A DNA stretch of 64,000 nucleotides, from assembly GCA_028289345.1 (NCBI GenBank), contig JANQQL010000005.1, positions 101,206 to 165,205 of the forward strand. Reading direction: 5' to 3'. Source of the DNA: Planctomycetota bacterium. Lineage in GTDB: Bacteria; Planctomycetota; B15-G4; SIAN01. Shown here in pieces: positions 1 through 9,333 of the stretch; the stretch's first letter is position 1; each line of letters begins with the position of its first letter. Both the position numbers and the translations under genes were made by a program. The notes beneath the pieces were generated by a model. That model searched no databases. It was not told where the DNA came from and saw only the letters and a list, made by a program, of their open reading frames with translations.

Positions 1-1
1 C

Positions 2-679
2 TATCTGATCTCGTGCACGGCGCCACTTCCTGTCGACGTGGCCGAAGCCTTCTCGCAGCGCTTTCATGCGTCGATCTGCCAGCACTACGGATCCTCGGAA
101 ACTGGCGGCATCTCGTTGACTCACCACTCCGCGGCGGCCCGGCACTTCGACTCGGTCGGACGGGCCCTGCACGGCGTGCAGCTGAGCATCCTCGGTCCGA
201 ACGGAGAGTCGTTGCCCGTTGGGAGTCGCGGCGAGATCGTCATCGGAGGAGCAGCCACCGCGTCGGGCTACATCCGCGGGGTGACCAAGCACGACACGGA
301 CGGCTTCCGAAATGGCCGTTATTGGACCGGTGACGTGGGGACCCTTGACGCGGACGGATTCCTTCACCTCGACCGCACCCGTCCCGGCGTGGTGCATGTC
401 GGCGGTTGGAAGGTGTCCTTGGCAGAGGTCGCCCGTGTGATCGAATCACACCCATCGGTCCGCGAGAGTTCGGTCATCGACGTCGAGGACGCCCGCGGAT
501 TGGCGCGCATCGTCGCCGCTGTCACGCTGCAAGGTCCTGTCGAGGAAGCCGCGCTCATGGAGTTCTGCCGGTCGCGGCTGGCCGACTACAAACAACCGCG
601 ACGCATCCATATCTTGAAGAAGCTACCGCAGGCCGCGAACGGTGAGTTCGCCTGGAACGCCGAGCGTCCGCCCGCATGA
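2..679 (+). CDS. AMP-dependent synthetase/ligase (ANL adenylating enzyme), C-terminal part; 5' end is off-window
   Basis: Frame is open from nt 2. Motifs YGSSETGG, TGDVGTLDADGFLHLDR, GGWKVSLAEV and LADYKQPRR are typical of acyl-CoA/acyl-ACP ligases. Confidence 0.85.
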   Translation, partial: YLISCTAPLPVDVAEAFSQRFHASICQHYGSSETGGISLTHHSAAARHFDSVGRALHGVQLSILGPNGESLPVGSRGEIVIGGAATASGYIRGVTKHDTDGFRNGRYWTGDVGTLDADGFLHLDRTRPGVVHVGGWKVSLAEVARVIESHPSVRESSVIDVEDARGLARIVAAVTLQGPVEEAALMEFCRSRLADYKQPRRIHILKKLPQAANGEFAWNAERPPA

Positions 680-763
680 ATGGCTTGCTTGCCCGCATTC
701 TTTTTGAAGGCTTGCCCCGCTGCCGTGGCGAGGACCGCCACCGTTTGAGAGGTTGAAGCGCGC

Positions 764-1984
764 ATGAGACGAGTCGTCATCACCGGGATGGGTGCCGTCT
801 CGTGCCTCGGCAACTCGGTGGCCGAGGTTCTTGCCTCGTTGCGCGCTGGTCGCTCGGGCGTCGTGTACGACGAGTCCTACCGGAAGGCTGGACTGCGCTC
901 CCAAGTCTCGGGCCTCGTCGACATCGACTTCGACGCGCACCTCGACCGACGGGCCCGACGCCATATGTGTCCCGCAGCGGTCTACTCCTGGATCGCTATG
1001 GGCGAGGCCCTGCTCGATGCGGGACTTGCGCCCGATGCCATCTCTGATCCACGCATCGGCGTCATTGCCGCGGCCGGCGCCTCGTCGGCAGCGAGCCTGG
1101 TCGAAAGCGTGGACGCCTTGCGCCAACGCGGATTGCGTCGAGTCAATCCGTTCACCGCCCCGCGCACCATGGGCAGCAGCGTCGCCGCGAGCCTCGCAAC
1201 GTCCTACCGCATTCGGGGCCTCAGCTACGGAGTCACCTCGGCCTGCGCAACCAGCGCCCACTGCATCGGCGCGGCCATGGAGCAGGTCCAATGGGGCAAG
1301 CAGGACATCATCTTCGCCGGTGGTGGCGAAGAGATGGACTGGACCATCGCCTGCCGGTTCGATGCCATGGGCGCCCTCTCGACGCACTTCAACGAAACCC
1401 CCGCACAAGCGTCGCGACCCTACGATCGAGCTCGCGACGGCTTCGTCATGTCGGCGGGTTCGGGAATGGTCGTGGTCGAAGCCCTCGACCATGCCTTGGC
1501 ACGCGGGGCGCGGATCCATGCCGAGCTTTTGGGATACGGCGCGACGTCCGATGGCGACGACATGGTCGCTCCGTCCGGCGAGGGCGCCGTTCGATGCATG
1601 CGGCTGGCCCTCGAAACCGTCGACAAACCCATCGACTACGTGAACACCCACGGCACGAGCACCCCGCTTGGCGACCTCCGGGAGATCGAAGCGCTACGCA
1701 CAGTCTTCGGCGACAGTGTGCCGCCCTTCTCGTCAACCAAGTCGATGGGCGGTCACACCCTGGCGGCCGCCGGCGCGCTGGAGGCCATCCACTGCATGCT
1801 CATGCTTGAGCACAACTTTGTTGCGCCCTCGATCAACACGACCGATCCCGACCCCGAGCTCGACGGACTGCCGCTGGTCACGGAGCGCCGTGACGACGTC
1901 GGCCTGTCCACCATCATGACAAACAACTTCGGGTTCGGTGGGACCAACGCGTGCCTGGTGCTGCGGCGGTACCCAAGTCCATGA
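764..1984 (+). CDS. beta-ketoacyl-ACP synthase (KAS I/II type)
   Basis: 406 aa. VVITGMGAVSCLG N-terminus; active-site Cys in TSACATSAHCIG; His motifs NTHGTSTPLGD and KSMGGHTLAAAG; C-terminal NNFGFGGTNACLVL. Confidence 0.9.
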   Translation: MRRVVITGMGAVSCLGNSVAEVLASLRAGRSGVVYDESYRKAGLRSQVSGLVDIDFDAHLDRRARRHMCPAAVYSWIAMGEALLDAGLAPDAISDPRIGVIAAAGASSAASLVESVDALRQRGLRRVNPFTAPRTMGSSVAASLATSYRIRGLSYGVTSACATSAHCIGAAMEQVQWGKQDIIFAGGGEEMDWTIACRFDAMGALSTHFNETPAQASRPYDRARDGFVMSAGSGMVVVEALDHALARGARIHAELLGYGATSDGDDMVAPSGEGAVRCMRLALETVDKPIDYVNTHGTSTPLGDLREIEALRTVFGDSVPPFSSTKSMGGHTLAAAGALEAIHCMLMLEHNFVAPSINTTDPDPELDGLPLVTERRDDVGLSTIMTNNFGFGGTNACLVLRRYPSP

Positions 1985-2994
1985 CGAAACGGACCGTGAC
2001 GAAAGCGGAACTCCTCCTGCGCCGGTCGAACCCCGCCGATGCCTCGGCCATCGCGGACCTCATGACGACCACCTTCGGTGGCGACGACACTCAAAAGCTC
2101 GATGCCGCGTGGTGGCGTTGGAAATACGGTAGCAATCCTGCGGGATTCCAGGGACTTGTGGCCCAGGATGCCGACGGTCACCTCATCGGGCACTTCGGCG
2201 GCATCCCACTAAGCGTTCGCGCTGACAATGAGTTGTTCACGTTCGCGCAGAGTTGCGACACTTGCATCGACCCCGCGATGCGCCGCGGTCTGCGCAACCC
2301 GGGCCTGTTCGTGCGTCTGGCTCAGGCCTACACCTCCACGTACGGGATCCCCGGCGTCAACGATGTCATGTTCGGCTTCCCCAATCGGCGCGCCTATCGC
2401 ATCGGCAACCGCTACTCCGATTACTGGATGCTGCGTCAGCAGTGGCAGCTCGTGTCTGAAGGCGAGTCGTCGGAACCGACCGACACCAGCATCCAGATTC
2501 ACGAAGCGACGTCCCTCGACGAAGACGTGACCGCCCTTTGGGAGCGCCTGCTGCCCCGCTATCGCTGCTTGACGCGAAGGGACGCACGGTTCCTCCGCTG
2601 GCGGTTCCTGGACGCGCCCGACTCGCCGTACCGGATCACCCTCGCCCGAAGCAAGACCGACCACACGCTCCGAGCCTATGCCGTGCACCGCCTCGCGCGC
2701 CTCAACGACAATGACGTCGGCGTCCTGGTGGACTGGCTCTGCGACCCCACCGACCAAGCCGCGGCCAGGTCGCTGCAGGCAGCCGTGCGCGAGCGCTACA
2801 CGCGGCTCGGTCGCTCCATGGTCGTGTTCCTCTGCTCCACGTCCTCGCCCTGGTTCGGCGCGTTTCAGGACTGGGGATTCCGTGTCCGGCCATCGCACTA
2901 CGTGATGACGGCGCGTCCGTTCGTTCCGCAGCTCGAACCGCACTTCCTGCGCGAGCACTGGTACTACACGCTGGCCGACTTCGACATCCTCTGA
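1981..2994 (+). CDS. GNAT-superfamily-like acyltransferase (tentative), paralogue 1
   Basis: ATG at 1981 overlaps the KAS stop (ATGA). About 337 aa, clean long ORF. N-terminal segment LLLRRSNPADASAIADL...GHFGGIPL resembles GNAT folds. Shares length and a C-terminal motif (HWYYTLADFD vs NWHVTLADAG) with the next ORF. Confidence 0.5.
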   Translation: MTKRTVTKAELLLRRSNPADASAIADLMTTTFGGDDTQKLDAAWWRWKYGSNPAGFQGLVAQDADGHLIGHFGGIPLSVRADNELFTFAQSCDTCIDPAMRRGLRNPGLFVRLAQAYTSTYGIPGVNDVMFGFPNRRAYRIGNRYSDYWMLRQQWQLVSEGESSEPTDTSIQIHEATSLDEDVTALWERLLPRYRCLTRRDARFLRWRFLDAPDSPYRITLARSKTDHTLRAYAVHRLARLNDNDVGVLVDWLCDPTDQAAARSLQAAVRERYTRLGRSMVVFLCSTSSPWFGAFQDWGFRVRPSHYVMTARPFVPQLEPHFLREHWYYTLADFDIL

Positions 2995-3025
2995 TGGTTC
3001 CCGGAACAGAAACGCGAGCACGCTG

Positions 3026-4057
3026 ATGGGGCACTTCGAGCTTCGCACCGCGACGGACGAGGACGGGGCCGGCATCGCGGACGGGTTCGCGAGAGCCATC
3101 GGCAGCGACCCAAACCAGATCCGATCGCACGTCGTTTCTGCGTTGCACAACAACCCGCACGGCTCCTCGAGCGTCGTCGCCGCCGCCCCGGACGGACGCA
3201 TCATCGCGCACCTGGGCGTAACCCACGTTCCCATGCTGGTGAACGGCGAGCCGCTTCTCTTCGGCCGCTTCCACAGCTGCTTTGTGGACCCGGTCTATCG
3301 CACCGGCGGAGTGCACGGCCTCTTCAATGCCCTCGACAACTTGTTCCGGGAAGCTTTCGAGATCCGCGAGCACCTCGCCGCCGTGTTCGGCCAGTGGGAC
3401 GAGATGGACTGGTGGTACTTGCGACGCGCCCGCGGGCATGATGCCGTCGCCACGTCCATCGACCTACGTTGCCCGGCCAATCATCCCGTCCTCGAACTTG
3501 GCGGAGAAGGGATCGTCATCACCCAGGACGGCGAGGGCTCGGAGTCAGCCAACTTACTGAAGGTTGGCAACTGCGGAGTACGCCACGACGGCAAGCTCGA
3601 TGCCTGGCGAGCGGCAGCTCCCGGACGCTCCGATCACCTCTGGCAGGCCTGGCGCGCGGGCGAGCGAACCGGCATGGCCATCACCCGGGACATTGGCGGC
3701 GTTCGTCGGATCCTCGACTGGACCGTGGAGCCCGAGGATACAGAGTCGATCCGCGCGCTCCTGCACGCCTTGACCGTCGACACGGGTGTTCCGGTGCACA
3801 CGCGCTTCTGGACCTCGGACGTGCCGACCCTGCTGCTCTTTCAAGAAGCCGGCTTCCAAGTCGTGGCCGGCCCCGAAGTCTATCTCTCCGTCCGCCCGGT
3901 GCTGCCGCACCTCCACCAATTGTGGCTCTCGGAAAACTGGCACGTGACGCTGGCCGATGCGGGCTTGCACCCGTTGCCACGGCTCACCATCGGCGAATCG
4001 ATCGTGGTCCCGCCGTCGCCAGGCACGTGGGGTGGACGGCAGCACGACGCGGAATGA
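3026..4057 (+). CDS. GNAT-superfamily-like acyltransferase (tentative), paralogue 2
   Basis: 343 aa. FELRTATDEDGAGIADGF...IIAHLGVTHVPM parallels paralogue 1, in tandem and in the same orientation. Confidence 0.5.
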   Translation: MGHFELRTATDEDGAGIADGFARAIGSDPNQIRSHVVSALHNNPHGSSSVVAAAPDGRIIAHLGVTHVPMLVNGEPLLFGRFHSCFVDPVYRTGGVHGLFNALDNLFREAFEIREHLAAVFGQWDEMDWWYLRRARGHDAVATSIDLRCPANHPVLELGGEGIVITQDGEGSESANLLKVGNCGVRHDGKLDAWRAAAPGRSDHLWQAWRAGERTGMAITRDIGGVRRILDWTVEPEDTESIRALLHALTVDTGVPVHTRFWTSDVPTLLLFQEAGFQVVAGPEVYLSVRPVLPHLHQLWLSENWHVTLADAGLHPLPRLTIGESIVVPPSPGTWGGRQHDAE

Positions 4058-4178
4058 GGTCGCTCGCGGGATGAGAGTCCGCGATTCGCACATTCCGTTG
4101 AGGATAGAGATCGTCGGAATGACAAAAGCCAGGAAGGAACGTAGGCCATTCGCAGTAGGCCTACGTGACCGATCCAGG

Positions 4179-5435
4179 CTAGCCGCTCGGCGGGTCACTG
4201 CGCTCCGCGCCTTCCCCCGGTGCAGGCATCCTCTCGATCCGCCACTCGTGGTCGTGGAGTACGGCGCCGAGCTCCCTCTGTTTCGACACGGTGATGTGTA
4301 GGTTTTCGGTCGTGGGGATCTGGTGGTACCGGTGAAATCCGGTCCCATCCATGAGCGCGCACAGCACGACGAACTCTCCCGAGAGGACGCGGAGCTCGTG
4401 TAGGCATAGCGTCACAAAGCCCTCGGTCGGCAGATCGACCGGCACCTGATCCATCTCCGTGCTCGCGGAGACCAGAACAATCTTGTCGCCTCGAATCAAC
4501 GCGCAGCCGACCGAGATCTCCGTCGGCACGGCTCCGTTGCGGACGTGGATGCGGACCCCCACCGCCTCGCCCGGTTCGAAGCGGTGGCGCGGATCGCCGG
4601 TGTGCAGGTCGATGAGCGTCGCGGACACGATGTGCGGCAACTCGTGGTCGCAGTCAATCCGCATCATGTCGGGCGACCCGCCGTCGGTATCGTAGAGCTT
4701 GTTCTGCCAAGTCGAGTACTCGGTCGTCACCGAGATGGCATCGCCCTGCATCCGCAGCTGGCCTTGCTCGAGCCACATCGCGGTATCGCAAATCTGGCGC
4801 ACGTCGTAGAGTGAGTGCGAACAAAAGAACAGTGTCTTGCCGCGCTGCTTGTATTCGTTGATCCGCTCCGAGCACTTCCGTTGGAAGCGCATGTCGCCGA
4901 CCGCCAAGATCTCGTCGAGGATCAGGACGTCGGGATCCACCGAGACGGCAACCGCAAATCCGAGCCTGCAAATCATGCCCGACGAGTAGGTGCGGAGCGG
5001 CGCGTCGATGAACTCCTCGAGCTCGCTGAACTCGAGGACCTCGTCGAAGCGCCGCTTCATCTCCTTGCGCGGAATGCCGAGAATCGCGCCGTTCATGTAG
5101 ATGTTCTCCGCACCCGAAAAGTCCATCATGAACCCGGCGCCCAGTTCGAGAAGGCTCGCCACGCTGCCTCGGATCTCGTAGCTGCCAGTGTTCGGGAACG
5201 TCGTGCCGGTCAGAATCTTGAGCAGCGTCGACTTTCCGGCGCCATTGCCACCGACAAGGCCGACGCACTGTCCAGGCATGACGTCAAAGCTGATGCTCTG
5301 GAGCGCATGAACCTTCTTGTGGTGCGGTCGTTTGTTCCACGGCCAGAGTTCTTTGATCCGACCGAATGGGTTGCCATAGATGCGGTAGGTTTTCGACACA
5401 TCCCGGACGACGATCGCTGGCTGCTGGTGGGTCAT
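4179..5435 (-). CDS. ABC transporter ATP-binding protein, Wzt/TagH (polysaccharide/teichoic-acid export) type with C-terminal extension
   Basis: VRDVSKTYRIY...HALQSISFDV; Walker A GGNGAGKST; signature YSSGM; Walker B VLILDE. About 170-aa C-terminal domain as in Wzt. Start set at MTHQQP (ATG 5435); the ORF-track extension to 5603 is not protein-like. Confidence 0.85.
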   Translation of the reverse strand: MTHQQPAIVVRDVSKTYRIYGNPFGRIKELWPWNKRPHHKKVHALQSISFDVMPGQCVGLVGGNGAGKSTLLKILTGTTFPNTGSYEIRGSVASLLELGAGFMMDFSGAENIYMNGAILGIPRKEMKRRFDEVLEFSELEEFIDAPLRTYSSGMICRLGFAVAVSVDPDVLILDEILAVGDMRFQRKCSERINEYKQRGKTLFFCSHSLYDVRQICDTAMWLEQGQLRMQGDAISVTTEYSTWQNKLYDTDGGSPDMMRIDCDHELPHIVSATLIDLHTGDPRHRFEPGEAVGVRIHVRNGAVPTEISVGCALIRGDKIVLVSASTEMDQVPVDLPTEGFVTLCLHELRVLSGEFVVLCALMDGTGFHRYHQIPTTENLHITVSKQRELGAVLHDHEWRIERMPAPGEGAERSDPPSG

Positions 5436-5589
5436 CCGAGGCCTGAGAACTTGCGCTTGTGGCTCATGAAGAATGTGTCGCCGACGGTAGAAAGGAACGC
5501 CGCAAACATCGACGCGAAGCGGCGTTGGAGGGTGAATCGTACCCCTCAGGGAGTTTCCCGTCGAGGTCGCGATGCTGACTTGAGGGAGA

Positions 5590-5725
5590 CCACTCCCCTC
5601 CAACTCGTCCTCGCAAGGTCAGGTCATTGACTACCTCCGCGGAAGGAATCAGGTTCTCAAGGAGCAGCTCAACAGCAAACGGCTCCGACTGACCGACCGT
5701 CGCGCCCGACTCGACTCGGTCGTCC
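5590..5725 (+). mobile_element. Fragment of IS family B (5' part of the transposase gene only)
   Basis: Translation gives TPLQLVLA..VIDYLRGRNQVLKEQLNSKRLRLTDRRARL. It aligns at nucleotide level with 49866-50020 of the near-complete copy ([43 protein letters not shown]), with an internal deletion and a frame change. Confidence 0.5.
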
Positions 5726-5872
5726 CCCACTCGCGTTCTTTCCCGTCAGCGGCACGAGGCAGGTTCGCGCGTCGGCTAGACTATGCCACGTCTCCGGACA
5801 CGGAACGTGGCGACAGACGAGCGGATTGTCGCTATATCTGGAAGAATCCCCATAACTCCGCAAGATATCCCG

Positions 5873-6370
5873 ATGGCTCAGATAAAGAAGAAGTTCTGCA
5901 TGCTCGGTGCATTCGGGGTCGGGAAGACCAGCCTCGTCGCGCAGTTCGTCCACAGCATCTTCTCGGAAAAGTACATGACGACTGTCGGCGTCAAGTTGGA
6001 TCGCAAGGATGTATGCATCGAGGGGCGGGACGTGTGCCTGATGATCTGGGACTTGCACGGTGAGGACGAGTTCATGTCCGTGAAGGATAGCTACCTCCGT
6101 GGATCCTCGGCGATGCTGTTCGTGTCGGACGGCACACGCCCCGAGACGGTGCGAGCGGCACTCGATATCCGGAGAAGAACAAGGGAAGCATTCCCCGTTC
6201 CCGCCCTATCCCTCGTGAACAAGAACGACCTCACCGACGAGTGGAGAGTGGCCGGAGCAGACCTTGATGTGCTCGAACGAGAAGGCCTCGACCCGCGTAC
6301 CACCAGCGCGAAAACCGGAGAGAACGTGGAGGGGGCATTCCGCGAGCTGGCGCGACGCACCCTCGCCTAG
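5873..6370 (+). CDS. small Ras/Rab-like GTPase
   Basis: 165 aa. G1 GAFGVGKTS, G3 WDLHGED, G4 NKND, G5 SAKTG. Start set at MAQIKKK (ATG 5873). Confidence 0.8.
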   Translation: MAQIKKKFCMLGAFGVGKTSLVAQFVHSIFSEKYMTTVGVKLDRKDVCIEGRDVCLMIWDLHGEDEFMSVKDSYLRGSSAMLFVSDGTRPETVRAALDIRRRTREAFPVPALSLVNKNDLTDEWRVAGADLDVLEREGLDPRTTSAKTGENVEGAFRELARRTLA

Positions 6371-6387
6371 GTTCGGGGGACATACCG

Positions 6388-7506
6388 ATGAACCGGGAAC
6401 AGCAGGTCACACTCTTGCGCGAAGATGTAGACGCCTGGAACTCATGGCGTCAGTCAATCGTCGACCCTCCTCTCGATCTTCGCGGTGCTCAGTTGCGTGG
6501 CACCCGACTGGCGGGGGCGAACCTCTGCCGTACTGTGTTGAGCCGCGCTGATCTCGCTGGCTGCGACCTATCCATGTGCGATCTCCGGAGTGCAACGCTC
6601 GGGTCAGCAGATCTCAGCGAAGCCAACCTGGACCACGCGATTCTCGACGCAGCGGTACTGGACGATGCCGTTGCGCGAGAGACCAACTTCAATCGCTCGA
6701 GTTTGAGAGGATGCAGTCTGGACCGTGCCGATCTGACCAACGCGGTTCTCCAGGGAGCGGACCTGACGGACGCGAGCTTTCGGGATTCGCAGCTGATCGG
6801 GGCGGACTTGGCGGAGACCTTGTTTCGTAGGACGACACTGTCTGGCGCCGACGTGACAAACGCGGCTCTGATGGGGACAGTCTTCGCTTGGACCGACCTG
6901 AGCGAGGTCGTCGGACTGGAAGCTTGTGTTCACATCGGTGCATCGTCAGCGGACCAAAAGTCGCTCGCGTGCCTTGGAGACGAGCATGAGGGCTTTCTGG
7001 CCGGAATGGGAGTTCCATTCGGCAGCCGCGCAGCGGCGACAGCTCCGCCCCTTTCGAGCCCGATGGCTTCGTGCTTCATCAGTCACGCGAGCGAGGACCT
7101 GAGCTTCGCCCGCAAGCTGCGCGACGATCTGCATCGGAACGGACTCCGCGCTTGGCTCGCCGCGGACGAGCTCCAGGTCGGCGATCGCCTGCGCGGGTCG
7201 ATCGAACGCTCGATCTGGCAGCACGACTACGTCTTGCTCGTCGTGTCAGCCAATTCGATCAAGAGCTCGTGGGTGGCCCACGAAGTCGAGATCGTCGTCA
7301 GAAAGGAACGTGAAACGAACATGAGTTCCTTACTTCCCATCCGACTCGACGAGACGTGTGAACTCGATGGATCCCACTGGAAGGACAGCGCCTTGAACGA
7401 CCGCCTAATGTGCGACTTTGTCGGATGGCAAGACGAAAACAAGTATCGCGGAGCGTTGAAGAGGATTCTCGAACGCATGGTCAAGATTCCGCCGTCTGCG
7501 CCGTAG
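6388..7506 (+). CDS. pentapeptide-repeat protein with C-terminal TIR domain
   Basis: aa 30-170 are A(D/N)LxG-type pentapeptide repeats (nt ~6475-6897). aa ~228-355 form a TIR domain (CFISHASEDLSFARKL..., LLVVSANSIKSSWVAHEVE with the catalytic-type Glu at nt 7282-7284). Lies 17 nt downstream of the GTPase gene. Confidence 0.85.
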   Translation: MNREQQVTLLREDVDAWNSWRQSIVDPPLDLRGAQLRGTRLAGANLCRTVLSRADLAGCDLSMCDLRSATLGSADLSEANLDHAILDAAVLDDAVARETNFNRSSLRGCSLDRADLTNAVLQGADLTDASFRDSQLIGADLAETLFRRTTLSGADVTNAALMGTVFAWTDLSEVVGLEACVHIGASSADQKSLACLGDEHEGFLAGMGVPFGSRAAATAPPLSSPMASCFISHASEDLSFARKLRDDLHRNGLRAWLAADELQVGDRLRGSIERSIWQHDYVLLVVSANSIKSSWVAHEVEIVVRKERETNMSSLLPIRLDETCELDGSHWKDSALNDRLMCDFVGWQDENKYRGALKRILERMVKIPPSAP

Positions 7507-7532
7507 GGCCGATCCCACGAGCGTTCCTCCCG

Positions 7533-8411
7533 TCACCTCTTCCGCTTGATCTCGACGAGGCACGCCTGCAGCCGGGGCGCGATGAGTTCGAACGGCGTCG
7601 TGTCGCCGTCGAACTCGCGCATCCTCGGTCCCAGGTCGGCGTGAATCGACTCGAGCGTCTCCATGAAGTCGCGTTGCGTGCTTGAGGGGGGAACCCCATG
7701 GGTATAGGTGACGAGATGCGCCAGAGGACCACTCGCAACGAGCACCGTCATCCCGCCGTAGTCGAAGCGATCCAGCTGGTCGGACTCATCGCGGCCCATC
7801 GTGTCGCGGGCGAACTCTCGAATCACGGTGAGCATCGCCGATACGAGATCCGGATCCTTCGCCGCATCGGAATCGGTGCGTCCTGAATGGGCAAGGAGCA
7901 GTCCGGTTTCCGCGTGGACGAGCATGACCAGGTCGACGCGAAAGACCAACGAGTGCATTCGTGCGACCTCGGCGAACGGCTTGCCCGTCCGCCAAGCCTC
8001 GATCCACCATCGTACTCCTCGGAGCGTCATCGCACCGCGCAGCGCATGAACAAAGCTCTCAGCCGCGGTCTCTAGGGATCGCGAAAACGACTCGCGAATC
8101 GCCGGCCCGAGAACGGGAAACAGATAGCTAGCGACGGCCTTTGGATCGTTTTTGACCGACGTGCCCAGCGCTCTCTCCACGACCGGCGCAAACGCGGATT
8201 CGATGCGAGAATCAGTCTTCGACAGACGGTGGATCAATTCAGGAAGCCGTTGCTCCACGACGGTGAGCACGTGTTGTTCCGCATCCGACTCCGTCTCCTG
8301 CCATCGAGCTTGCGGATTCGCTGAGGCGGCGAGAGCCGCTTGCACGTCGCGAAGAGAATCTTCAAGTGCAGCAATCCTCGTCAAGAGCGCACGCTCACTG
8401 TCACTTTGCAT
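7533..8411 (-). CDS. coiled-coil protein with C-terminal Roadblock/LC7(MglB)-like region (tentative)
   Basis: Start at MQSDSE (ATG 8411, GAGGGGGA 7 nt upstream). The C-terminal LVMLVHAETGLLLAHSG...VSAMLTVIREFARDTM...GGMTVLVASGPLAHLV pattern resembles Roadblock/LC7 folds. Assigned by eye only. Confidence 0.5.
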   Translation of the reverse strand: MQSDSERALLTRIAALEDSLRDVQAALAASANPQARWQETESDAEQHVLTVVEQRLPELIHRLSKTDSRIESAFAPVVERALGTSVKNDPKAVASYLFPVLGPAIRESFSRSLETAAESFVHALRGAMTLRGVRWWIEAWRTGKPFAEVARMHSLVFRVDLVMLVHAETGLLLAHSGRTDSDAAKDPDLVSAMLTVIREFARDTMGRDESDQLDRFDYGGMTVLVASGPLAHLVTYTHGVPPSSTQRDFMETLESIHADLGPRMREFDGDTTPFELIAPRLQACLVEIKRKR

Positions 8412-8839
8412 TCTTATCCCCCTCGAACGGCATCGAGCAAAGCGGGGCGAAGCAGCGTATTGCTCTCTGCCTGTCGTCCGACATTGTAGCTCGTCTGCGG
8501 GGCGAGTCGCCCAGCGGCGATCGCCGAGCCGGGGAGCATCCTCCGACGTGGCGCGCGAGCACGGTGTGTGCGTGTCGCAACCAACCAGTGTCATCTCTCG
8601 CAGGGAGGGCCGTCCAGTTTTCCCAAAGCGCGCCACCGTCCGTGTACAGGGTTACGGCACGGTCGATTGTCTGGACGAGATGCCGTCAGACTCCCCGGAT
8701 TGAGTCCGCCAAACACCCTGCGATGCAGATCTTTTCTGGTTTTCTGCAAACCAATTCGATCGGCGAGTACGCCTGCGGTTGTCGCGACGGCAGTCTCAGC
8801 CCTTCTTAATCCACAGCTACTCATCTTCGGGAGAATAGA

Positions 8840-9196
8840 ATGTTTGTATTCAAGAACCTTCCTCTGTTGGTCTTTGCTGCATTTGCACTGTGTCTCGTCC
8901 CGGTTTCGGACATCGAGGCAGGATCCCCGGCACCGGCTCCGATTTCCGCATCGCCCGCAGGAGGGACGATCGAGCTCGGCCAAACGATTTGTGTCTCGAA
9001 CCATACAGGGACCCCCCTACCGATCACTTTCAAACTCAATGGTGTGCCTGCATCGAGCGGCGTCATCCCGCCCTTTGGAGGGACGGTTTGCGCACCGGTT
9101 CCGATGCTTCCGGGGCTCGTCGGGGCAAAGGTAACGGTATGCGTCGATGGCAAGCAAACCGGCTTCTGCTGGGAGATTGTCAGACCCGCACAGTAA
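8840..9196 (+). CDS. small secreted protein, unknown function
   Basis: 118 aa. N-terminal signal-peptide-like LPLLVFAAFALCLVPVSDIEA; four Cys. Confidence 0.45.
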   Translation: MFVFKNLPLLVFAAFALCLVPVSDIEAGSPAPAPISASPAGGTIELGQTICVSNHTGTPLPITFKLNGVPASSGVIPPFGGTVCAPVPMLPGLVGAKVTVCVDGKQTGFCWEIVRPAQ

Positions 9197-9333
9197 GCGA
9201 TCGTTGCACGCGTCGTCACCACGCACGAAGCGCGTGCTGTGGTGGCGGCGCATGTCGTCTTTGGACCACGTCGCTGCGAAGATTTTCTGAACCGATTCTC
9301 CGGTCGAGCTGGATTCCCTGGTCGGAGCCTCTC

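Noticed and set aside
623-1651. 342-aa ORF antisense to the KAS gene. Similar long antisense ORFs lie at 2209-3234, 2702-3439 and 3554-4348.
   Set aside because: The sequences are Arg/Gly/Ala-rich and non-protein-like, and they lie opposite ORFs with strong family motifs. This is a typical high-GC antisense artefact.
8890-9333. N-terminal 148-codon extension of the ECF sigma ORF offered by the ORF track.
   Set aside because: The extension is Arg-rich nonsense and overlaps the better small-ORF frame. The sigma homology begins at MNDPTS (9334).
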